DNA of 64,000 nucleotides from a virus, in the IMG/VR virus record IMGVR_UViG_3300028831_000378, positions 1 to 64,000 of that record; one strand, given 5' to 3'. Below, piece after piece: positions 1-6,823 of this stretch. Under the pieces are notes generated by a model. The model searched no databases, was not told the origin of the DNA, and saw only the letters and a list, made by a program, of their open reading frames with translations. A program made the position numbers and the translations under genes. How positions within the stretch are numbered: the stretch's first letter is position 1; the number at the start of each line of letters is the position of its first letter.

Positions 1-1
1 C

Positions 2-382
2 GCGGAGTTCGAGCGTCGCGGCGGCTGGACGCGCTACCTCCAGGTCGTCGCGTCCAACGGCCACGTGCACTCTCCGTACTGCCACACGCTGACGCCGGGG
101 CAGACGTTCGTGCAGCCGGTGTTCGAGCTGAGTGGGCAGGACGGCGCCGGCGTCGTCGTGGCGGCCGGACATACCGCGTGCTCGAAGTGTTTCCCGGACG
201 CGCCGGTGCAGACGGCCGGCGACAAGCGCGCGGCGAACGTCGCGAAGGGCCGGTGCGCCGGGACGGGTGAGCAGGCGGCTGCCATCGCTCGCAGCGGGCG
301 CTACGGCCGGTGCGGCGAGTGCGGCGGAACGTTCGGCGTGAGCACCTCCGGGATCCTGCGGCCGCACAAGGCCGCGAGCTGA
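2..382 (+). CDS. hypothetical Cys-rich protein, 5' end outside window
   Basis: Frame is open from the window edge (AEFERRGGWTRYLQVV...). Contains CSKC and CGEC pairs. Stop overlaps the next ATG (TGATG). Confidence 0.5.
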   Translation, partial: AEFERRGGWTRYLQVVASNGHVHSPYCHTLTPGQTFVQPVFELSGQDGAGVVVAAGHTACSKCFPDAPVQTAGDKRAANVAKGRCAGTGEQAAAIARSGRYGRCGECGGTFGVSTSGILRPHKAAS

Positions 383-543
383 TGCGGCAGCTAGCGCTCG
401 ACGGGCGGGAGGTGCCGATCGTGGCACCTCCCGAGCAGCACGGCAGGCCGGAGCGTCTGTTCGAGCTGAGCGAGGCGCCGGCGGGCAGCTTGTCGCTCGC
501 GCAGGACGAGGACGCGCGCGACGAGTTCGAGGCGGTGGCGTGA
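382..543 (+). CDS. hypothetical protein (53 aa)
   Basis: ATG 382 overlaps the upstream stop. Acidic, protein-like composition. Confidence 0.4.
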   Translation: MRQLALDGREVPIVAPPEQHGRPERLFELSEAPAGSLSLAQDEDARDEFEAVA

Positions 544-568
544 TGGGCGTGTGGACTTGCGCTCGGGT

Positions 569-608
569 GATCACTCCGTTATCGTCGTGCGTACCCGAGT
601 TGAAGGAG
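569..608 (+). promoter_or_regulatory. early-type promoter/operator plus conserved leader, copy 1
   Basis: Dyad GATCAC-tcc-GTTATC at 569-583. -10-like TATCGT at 580-585, then 6 nt, then TACCCGAGT at 592-600. GAAGGAG at 602-608 and ATG at 615. Confidence 0.55.
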
Positions 609-614
609 CACGAG

Positions 615-992
615 ATGCCCGAAGGACCAATGGAGCGGGAGACGCGCGAGGCGCTGGCGGACTATCACGCGCTCGTCGAGTACGACTTGGCGCGCCTGGT
701 GCGCTACGGCGATATGGCGCGGTCGCGCCGGGCGCGCGAGATCAACCGGCGCGGCGACGAACTGCTGCGCGCAGGGGTGCAGATCGACTCGACGGGGCTG
801 TTCCCGCGGGTCGAGCCGGAGGAGTTGGCGGCGGCGTTTGAGCGTGTGCTGCGGCCGCGTTACCGGCGCTGGCACGCGAGCGTGCAGCCGTTCGAGTTCC
901 ACGGGACGACGTATCGTCGCTTCACGAAGCACGCTCGCGGGACTGCCGCGGCGTGGCGCGCGACGGCCGCGAAGTGCGGGGTCGATCTCTGA
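615..992 (+). CDS. hypothetical protein (first gene of early unit 1)
   Basis: First ATG after the conserved leader/RBS. The 540 start in the ORF track would read through the promoter motif. Stop overlaps the next ATG. Confidence 0.65.
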   Translation: MPEGPMERETREALADYHALVEYDLARLVRYGDMARSRRAREINRRGDELLRAGVQIDSTGLFPRVEPEELAAAFERVLRPRYRRWHASVQPFEFHGTTYRRFTKHARGTAAAWRATAAKCGVDL

Positions 993-1609
993 TGGGCGAG
1001 ATCGAACTGCGTGCGGCGCGCGCGATGCCGTTTCTTGACGACGAAGCGGTGTGCGAGCAGGTCGCCGATCACTGTCTCGAACTCTCGACGTTGCACGGGT
1101 GTCTGCCAACGCCGGAGCAGCGGCTCCCGGACGAAGGCGGGTGGATCGTGTTGCGCGAGCAGCCGTACACGGAGATTCCATCGCCCCCGTTCGCGTCGAT
1201 GTGGCGTGCGCGGCCCGTGTTCGCGGCGCGGACCTTCCGGGGCATCCTTGCCGGCGGGCGCCGGCGAACGCTGAAGTGGCCGGAGGAGCGCGCGCGGATC
1301 GTGACGCCGGCGGGCGAGCTGACGCTGCTGATGACGGAGTACGCGGTCGTGCGTGACCTGCGCCCGTATCTGGACGCGGAGGGCGCCGGCGTGACGTTGC
1401 ACGTGATGGGACCGGGCGCGGTGGAGGACGATCTGCGCGAGCGCGTGTTCTACCTTCAGTGCCGTGGTCTGAAGCGCGCTGACGCGTTGACGCTGCTGCT
1501 ACCGGAAGTGACCGATCAGACGTTCGCGTGGCTGTCGATGGACGGAATCTCGGACGTGGAGACGTACGAGGCGGCGCTCGACGCGCACCGGCCGCGGGCG
1601 GTGGCGTGA
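992..1609 (+). CDS. hypothetical protein with weak SufB/SufD-like C-terminal motif
   Basis: TGATG coupling at 990-994. The C-terminal RVFYLQCRGLKRADALTLLL resembles the SufB/SufD FYL.sRGi...A..Ll motif (weak, by eye). Confidence 0.6.
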   Translation: MGEIELRAARAMPFLDDEAVCEQVADHCLELSTLHGCLPTPEQRLPDEGGWIVLREQPYTEIPSPPFASMWRARPVFAARTFRGILAGGRRRTLKWPEERARIVTPAGELTLLMTEYAVVRDLRPYLDAEGAGVTLHVMGPGAVEDDLRERVFYLQCRGLKRADALTLLLPEVTDQTFAWLSMDGISDVETYEAALDAHRPRAVA

Positions 1610-2178
1610 TGGCAAAGCAACTCACGGAGGAAGAGCGCAAGGTGCGCGAGGAGCTGCTGCTCGCGGCGCTGGAGTCGCTGTCGGGCGGCTCGGAGTGGGT
1701 CGACGCTGATCAGGTCGTTCGGCATCTGAACTTCGGGCAGCCGCCGGAGGCGGGGTGGCTGACGGCGATTGGCGCCGGCCGGATGCTGTCGCGGTTCGCG
1801 CGGGAGGGCCGGATCGACGTGCGCGATGAGGGCTACATGAACTACTACCGGAGCCTGGATGTCCGCAGGCCGATCCCGAGCATCGGCGAGGTGCTGGTGC
1901 CGAAGGACACGCCGGCGGGGCCGCCGCATGCTCGCGTTGCATGGGCGATCGCGGTCGACACGCTGCGGACGGTGCTCGGCGTGGAGCGTGACGGGCTCGA
2001 CGTCGCGTTCGGGCAGCGCGGCGAAGGCGAGCGGGTGCTGTCGATGGAGGAGCTGGCCGTGGAGTACGAGCGGCCGGACGGGAAACCGATAGGAGAGGGG
2101 AGCGACGATGCTGTCGCCGAAGGTGTCGGAGATCGCGCGTCTGAGCGCACATCGAACGAACGAGAGGGGCTGGACTGA
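1609..2178 (+). CDS. hypothetical protein (possible winged-helix N-terminus)
   Basis: ATG 1609 overlaps the upstream TGA. Balanced composition. Confidence 0.6.
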   Translation: MAKQLTEEERKVREELLLAALESLSGGSEWVDADQVVRHLNFGQPPEAGWLTAIGAGRMLSRFAREGRIDVRDEGYMNYYRSLDVRRPIPSIGEVLVPKDTPAGPPHARVAWAIAVDTLRTVLGVERDGLDVAFGQRGEGERVLSMEELAVEYERPDGKPIGEGSDDAVAEGVGDRASERTSNEREGLD

Positions 2179-2711
2179 TGGGAATCGAGATGCGCGCGCC
2201 GGGCAATCCGTACCGGGAGGTGGAGGTGCCGAGCGACGAGGCGTTCGGGTCGATGCTGACGAGCGGCCTGCGCGGGGGGATCGGGTCGGGTCCGGGGCTG
2301 CTCGGAGCTGACATCGACCGGATCGCGCGCCACCATCACGAGATGGGTCGCCGCGAAGCGGAGACGGAGGCTGACGAGCGGGTCGAGCGGATGCGCCAGC
2401 AGCTCGCGGCCGCGTACGACGAGGGGTTCGCTGCGGCCCGGACCGAGGCGGCGCGCGGGCTCGCGCGGCACGCGCGCGGCGCGGTGCTCGCCGCGGTGTG
2501 GTTCCCGCTGCTGTCGCTTCGCGACGGGCCGAAGAGCAAGGCGCACGCCGGCATCGACGGGGTGCTGAACGGGCTGCGCGAGGTCACGGAGTTTCTGGAT
2601 GGCGTCGAGCATGGGGAGCCCGACGCGGACGCGGAGGCGCTGATCGCGGACGGGACGATGATCCGGCGGATGGCGTGCCACAGTCCGGATCGACTCCGGA
2701 GGAGGTCGTGA
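2178..2711 (+). CDS. hypothetical protein
   Basis: ATG overlaps the upstream stop. ORF-track frame has protein-like composition. Confidence 0.6.
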   Translation: MGIEMRAPGNPYREVEVPSDEAFGSMLTSGLRGGIGSGPGLLGADIDRIARHHHEMGRREAETEADERVERMRQQLAAAYDEGFAAARTEAARGLARHARGAVLAAVWFPLLSLRDGPKSKAHAGIDGVLNGLREVTEFLDGVEHGEPDADAEALIADGTMIRRMACHSPDRLRRRS

Positions 2712-3412
2712 TGGGCGTTCCGAACGAGGCGCAGTCGGACACGGTGAAGGCGGTCCGCGCGCTGCTGGACGCCGATCGCGCCGGCACGACGCCGCCACAT
2801 TCGACGAGCGCGGGATGGTCCGTCGCTCGAACGGTGCAGGTGATCGCCGCCGACGACGAGCTGGTGTTCGAGGTCATCCGGACGGAGACGGGCGCTCTGG
2901 AGCAGGTCGTGGACGTGCTCGTGGACGGCGGGCTGCGGATCCGCGAGCGCTGCGGCGAGCAGGCGCCGGGAGGCTTTGAGGGTGCGCCGGAGTGGCTGAA
3001 GTCGGGGATGACGTGCGTGCGGTGGGAACATCACGACGGGCCGCATCGCGTCGGGCGTCGCGCGGATGGCCCGTTCTTCGAGTGGCAGGACTTGCACGCG
3101 GCGTCTGACGACGAGTACACGCGGCAGCTCGACGAGCTGATGAAGGCGTACGCGCCGGTGCGGGATCGGTGGCGCAGCTACGTGGCGGCCGCCGCTGAAC
3201 GGCGGGATGCGGCGCCCGAGCATCCGGCGGTGACGTGGGCGGCGGGCGTGCGCGCGAAGATGGAGCGGCTGTCGCACGAGGACGACGCGATGGCGCAGCA
3301 GCCGCAGCGGCAGGACGCGCTGTCGTCGCAGCTTCGCGACGTCGCGGTCGTGGCGACGCGGATGGGTTGCTATGACGCGGCGGATTTCATCTCGCGGAGG
3401 CTGGTGGGCTGA
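2711..3412 (+). CDS. hypothetical protein
   Basis: Internal ATG 2711 of ORF 2498-3412 forms TGATG with the upstream stop. The sequence before it is Arg/Gly-rich out-of-frame-looking junk. Confidence 0.6.
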   Translation: MGVPNEAQSDTVKAVRALLDADRAGTTPPHSTSAGWSVARTVQVIAADDELVFEVIRTETGALEQVVDVLVDGGLRIRERCGEQAPGGFEGAPEWLKSGMTCVRWEHHDGPHRVGRRADGPFFEWQDLHAASDDEYTRQLDELMKAYAPVRDRWRSYVAAAAERRDAAPEHPAVTWAAGVRAKMERLSHEDDAMAQQPQRQDALSSQLRDVAVVATRMGCYDAADFISRRLVG

Positions 3413-3831
3413 TGGCTGCTCCGGATCTCGTGTCGCGGATGGTCGACGCGCGGGACTGTTTGCGTGACGCGTCGGTCACGCACGAGGGCGGCCAGGGCGG
3501 GATGCGTGCTGTCGCCGGCGCGTTGCGGTGGTTGGAGGAGGGCATCGCGGAGGGCGAGGAGTGGCGGGCTCGGGTCGCGGCTGCGCGTGAGCTGGTGGCC
3601 GGCGAGGCGCACGTGTGCACGTGCGCGCAGCCGCATGTCATCGACGCCGCGGGTGTCCCGTGCCCAACGTGCGGAGCGAAGCGCCACGCGGACTGCATGG
3701 AGGGCGGCCGGCGACTGGACGAGGCGCATCCGGCGCGGGCGATGGTTGCGGTGAGGGAGGCGGAGGGCTGCTCGAACGGCTTTGACGATCGCTGTCGGTT
3801 CGAGGCGGCACTGCGCGAGCTGGTGGCGTGA
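3412..3831 (+). CDS. hypothetical Cys/His-containing protein
   Basis: ATG 3412 overlaps the upstream stop. Contains CTC...CPTC...H..C. Confidence 0.6.
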   Translation: MAAPDLVSRMVDARDCLRDASVTHEGGQGGMRAVAGALRWLEEGIAEGEEWRARVAAARELVAGEAHVCTCAQPHVIDAAGVPCPTCGAKRHADCMEGGRRLDEAHPARAMVAVREAEGCSNGFDDRCRFEAALRELVA

Positions 3832-4106
3832 TGGCGGAGCGCGAGGACGTCGAGCGCGCGCTGATGGTCGCGGCTGACGAGGCGAACGAGCGGATCCGGA
3901 CGTGCCACGAGGTCGTCGCGTGTCCGCGGTGTCATGCGCCGATCGGGTCGCGGTGCGCGGCGTTGCAGGGCGCGGGCGGCGGTGGGTACGCGATGCTGGA
4001 GGTGCGCGCGGGGAAGTGGCCGCCGCGAACGACGTACGTGCAGATGGGCCGCGAGCTGAAGCATCCGCATCGGGAGCGCTGGACACTCGTGCAGGCGCCG
4101 CGCTGA
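3828..4106 (+). CDS. zinc-ribbon protein
   Basis: Start is GTG 3828 or ATG 3831, overlapping the upstream TGA. Contains CPRCHAPIGSRC ... HPHRER. Confidence 0.6.
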   Translation: MMAEREDVERALMVAADEANERIRTCHEVVACPRCHAPIGSRCAALQGAGGGGYAMLEVRAGKWPPRTTYVQMGRELKHPHRERWTLVQAPR

Positions 4107-4333
4107 TGCCCGAGATGCCGCTCGCGGAGTTCGAGGCGATGCTCGCGCGGACGTTCGGCGAGGACTGGCGCTCGAAGGCGATCGTCGGGCCGCTCGGCGT
4201 GTTCCCGTTGCGCGATCTGCCGGGCGAGGCCGGGTACGTGTCTGTGCCGGCGCCGGCGTCGAGCGCGTCCGGGCTGTGGCAGACGATGCCGCCGGCGAGG
4301 TGGAACCAACGTGAAGGGCGGAAGGGTCGATGA
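4106..4333 (+). CDS. hypothetical protein
   Basis: TGATG coupling at 4104-4108. Confidence 0.5.
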   Translation: MPEMPLAEFEAMLARTFGEDWRSKAIVGPLGVFPLRDLPGEAGYVSVPAPASSASGLWQTMPPARWNQREGRKGR

Positions 4334-4354
4334 CGCGATCGGAGGTGCAGGGCG

Positions 4355-4489
4355 ATGGTGGTCGGGAATAGGCAGGTGCAGGCGCAGGTGAAGTCGCTGC
4401 GGGAGGTGCTGGCCGATCCGGGGCTGTGGGCGGGGCTCGCGCCGCTTGGCGTGCTGCTGCTGCTGCTGCTGGTGGCGGTCGTCGCGTAG
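4355..4489 (+). CDS. small membrane protein (44 aa)
   Basis: GGAGG at 4341-4345 and ATG at 4355. The hydrophobic tail LAPLGVLLLLLLVAVVA is partly encoded by (CTG)6. Below the ORF-track length cutoff. Confidence 0.45.
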   Translation: MVVGNRQVQAQVKSLREVLADPGLWAGLAPLGVLLLLLLVAVVA

Positions 4490-4491
4490 CG

Positions 4492-4701
4492 ATGCGCGAG
4501 TGCGATGGGTGCGGTGAGCCCGGCGCGACGGAGACGCTGTGGCTCGCCGCACCACTCGGGCTGTGTGCCGTGCACGTGCATCGCAACCGTGAGTGCGCGA
4601 ACGCGGCGCGCGAGGCGCGCGGCGGCGGCCGGTTCGTGCCGGAGCCGAAGTCCAGGGACGACGAGGTGAAGCGGATAGCGCGCGGTACGATCCGGCGGTG
4701 A
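4492..4701 (+). CDS. hypothetical protein (CxxC)
   Basis: Internal ATG of ORF 4426-4701, 3 nt after the previous stop. Starts MRECDGCGEP. Confidence 0.5.
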   Translation: MRECDGCGEPGATETLWLAAPLGLCAVHVHRNRECANAAREARGGGRFVPEPKSRDDEVKRIARGTIRR

Positions 4702-4717
4702 GCGAGCGAGGAGGCCG

Positions 4718-4897
4718 ATGATGGAGTCGACGGGACCGACAGGATTCGATCCGCATCCGGAGGGCGCGGTGGGCGGCGAGGAGATGGAGCCGCTGGGCGT
4801 GGAGGAGGAAGCCAAGCGCGAGGCCGACGCGCTGCGCGAGGAGGACGTGCGGCTGTCCGATCAGCTCGACGATCGCGAGGAGGGCGGGCTGTCCTGA
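4718..4897 (+). CDS. acidic hypothetical protein (59 aa)
   Basis: GAGGAGG RBS followed by ATG 4718. Stop overlaps the next ATG. Below the ORF-track cutoff. Confidence 0.45.
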   Translation: MMESTGPTGFDPHPEGAVGGEEMEPLGVEEEAKREADALREEDVRLSDQLDDREEGGLS

Positions 4898-5154
4898 TGG
4901 GCCTGCCCGCTGACCTGCGCGGCGTCGTGCGCGAGGGCGAGCTGTCGTCACGGTCGCTGGAGGACGCCGCGCTGGACGAGCGCGCGCGGGGACGCCGGCC
5001 GCGGCTGCTCGCGGTCGGCTCGACGGAGCTGGAGGCGCGGGCGCTCGCGATCCTGCGCGACGAGGGGCCGTTGGCGGACCTGCGCGGCGACGCGCCGGCG
5101 GTCGTCGTGGACTGGAGTCTGTCGGCGGGCGAGTGGGAGTTGCGGGAGACGTAG
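4897..5154 (+). CDS. hypothetical protein
   Basis: TGATG coupling. Last gene before a large inverted repeat. Confidence 0.55.
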   Translation: MGLPADLRGVVREGELSSRSLEDAALDERARGRRPRLLAVGSTELEARALAILRDEGPLADLRGDAPAVVVDWSLSAGEWELRET

Positions 5155-5156
5155 CG

Positions 5157-5220
5157 GCGCCGGCGCCGGCGGAGCTGTCATGGCTGAGCTGGCATCGCTA
5201 CCACTCGCCGGCGCCGGCGC
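5157..5220 (+). terminator. large inverted repeat / possible terminator
   Basis: 15-bp perfect arms GCGCCGGCGCCGGCG (5157-5171) and CGCCGGCGCCGGCGC (5206-5220), directly after stop 5152-5154. No T-tract. Confidence 0.4.
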
Positions 5221-5262
5221 ATAGACGCCAGCAGGCCGGATCGTAGGAGTCGGGTCGGCGGA

Positions 5263-5290
5263 GGGATCGCCGCGCAGCCGGGGGTACGAT
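5263..5290 (+). promoter_or_regulatory. late-type promoter, copy 1
   Basis: GGGATCGC at 5263-5270. ATC, then 16 nt, then TACGAT at 5285-5290. In-frame GTG at 5298 lies 7 nt downstream. Confidence 0.55.
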
Positions 5291-6071
5291 GGCGCGCGTG
5301 ACTGTCGTCCGGCTGGGAAACACGGCGCCGATGATGCAGGTGCCCAAGCGCGTCTCCGTGGAGGGCGTGTTGGAGTGGCAGTCGGTCCCGGCGCCGCATC
5401 TGGACGTGTCCGTGACGACGGTCGGGATGCGCGAGGGCTTCGACGACGAAGCGGACGTCGAGCTGGCGCTGTCGACGAACAACGATCGGATGCTCGACAT
5501 GATCGGCCGGCTGCTCGGCGACGAGCATCGCCGCTACGCGATCGGGGTCGCGGAGGTCGAGTCGATCATGGGGACGCACTCGGGCGCCGCGCCGGCGTGG
5601 GTCGCGGTCGACGACGATCCGGAGTTCGAGGCGGCGTTGGCGGAGCACTTCCGTTGCGCTCGTGGCGAGCCGATGGCGCTGCTGACGAACGCGGGCCGCG
5701 ATGCGTTGCACGCGCAGCATCTCTCGACGAGCACGCAGCCGGCGTCGATCAACTACATCGCTCTGTCGGCGAACGCGACGGCTCCGAGCGCGGCGAGCAC
5801 GACGCTGCCGGGCGAGATCACGACGGCTGGCGGCGGGCTGCTGCGCGCGCAGGCGACGTACGCGCACACGGCGGGCACGAACACGAGTACGCTGACGAAG
5901 ACGTTCACGGCGAACGGGTCGGACTCGCTGCCGGTGACGCTCGCGAAGATCGGGGTGCTGAACGCGTCCAGCTCGGGCACGCTCGGCTACGAGACGCTGC
6001 TGAACGCGACGGCGACGCTATCGGCGGTCGGTGACAGCGTGACGATCACGGAAACCGTCACGGCGGGCTAG
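5289..6071 (+). CDS. virion-associated protein with tail-collar-fibre-like C-terminal domain (putative)
   Basis: The C-terminal INYIALSANATAPS...TTLPGE...AKIGVLNASSSGTLGYE pattern resembles tail-collar fibre N-domains (by eye). The true start may be the leaderless GTG at 5298. Confidence 0.55.
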   Translation: MARVTVVRLGNTAPMMQVPKRVSVEGVLEWQSVPAPHLDVSVTTVGMREGFDDEADVELALSTNNDRMLDMIGRLLGDEHRRYAIGVAEVESIMGTHSGAAPAWVAVDDDPEFEAALAEHFRCARGEPMALLTNAGRDALHAQHLSTSTQPASINYIALSANATAPSAASTTLPGEITTAGGGLLRAQATYAHTAGTNTSTLTKTFTANGSDSLPVTLAKIGVLNASSSGTLGYETLLNATATLSAVGDSVTITETVTAG

Positions 6072-6076
6072 TCGTC

Positions 6077-6316
6077 GTGGCGCTGTCGGCGAGCGACGTA
6101 CGGGCGACGTGGCGGGCGCTGCTGGAGTCCGATCCGTCGCTGGGGAACGCGTTCACGAAGACGCAGATGGCGGCCGCGGTGACGGCGACGGATGAGTGGA
6201 TGGAGCGGATGGAGCCGACGTTCACGGCGGCGCTGCCGAAGGAGTTTCAGGCCGCGACGGTCAAGCAGCGCGCGCTGCTGCGAGCGCATGTCGCGATCCG
6301 GCGAGCCGGGATGTAG
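6077..6316 (+). CDS. hypothetical protein
   Basis: GTG 6077 lies 5 nt after the upstream TAG. Protein-like composition. Confidence 0.55.
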   Translation: MALSASDVRATWRALLESDPSLGNAFTKTQMAAAVTATDEWMERMEPTFTAALPKEFQAATVKQRALLRAHVAIRRAGM

Positions 6317-6319
6317 ACA

Positions 6320-6811
6320 GTGGCGTCCGGGAACACGCTCGGGATCCTGCTGCCGTTGGCGGCGGAGGCGCCGGCTACGAACTACGCGACGCTGAACGTT
6401 CGCAATCAGCATCCGATGCTGGAGTTCGATTCGGCGACGCAGGAAACGGCGATCTGGACGAGCGTTATGCCGCAGCACTACGCCGGCGGAAACATCACGG
6501 TCATCACGAAGTGGGCGGCGGTACCGACGACGGGGAATGTTGGGTGGGGCGCGACGTTCGAGCGGGTCGCGGACGCGGGGCAGGACATCGACGCCGATGG
6601 GTTCGCGACGGAGCAGATCGTGACGGCCGCGACGGTCGATGGCACGAGTGGGAACACGAAGACGACGAGCGTCACGTGCACGGCGGGGTCGACGGGCACC
6701 GATAGCGTCGCGGCGGGCGATCTCTTCCGGTTGCGGATCCGGCGTGACGTCGCGACGGACACGGCGGCCGGCGACGCGCAGCTACTCGCGGTCGAGTTGC
6801 GCGAGGCGTAG
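6320..6811 (+). CDS. hypothetical beta-rich (structural-like) protein
   Basis: GTG 6320 lies 3 nt after the upstream TAG. Thr/Ala/Gly-rich, typical of virion appendage proteins. Confidence 0.6.
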   Translation: MASGNTLGILLPLAAEAPATNYATLNVRNQHPMLEFDSATQETAIWTSVMPQHYAGGNITVITKWAAVPTTGNVGWGATFERVADAGQDIDADGFATEQIVTAATVDGTSGNTKTTSVTCTAGSTGTDSVAAGDLFRLRIRRDVATDTAAGDAQLLAVELREA

Positions 6812-6823
6812 GAGCGCAGCGCT

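Noticed and set aside
540-614. Upstream extension of ORF 540-992. ORFs 22094, 25958, 62919 and 14656 have similar extensions.
   Set aside because: The extensions translate the conserved promoter/leader DNA (for example ...VPELKE...). Real starts follow the RBS.
4455-4475. A (CTG)6 run as a possible phase-variation microsatellite.
   Set aside because: It is a trinucleotide repeat, so slippage stays in frame. It simply encodes the poly-Leu core of a TM helix.
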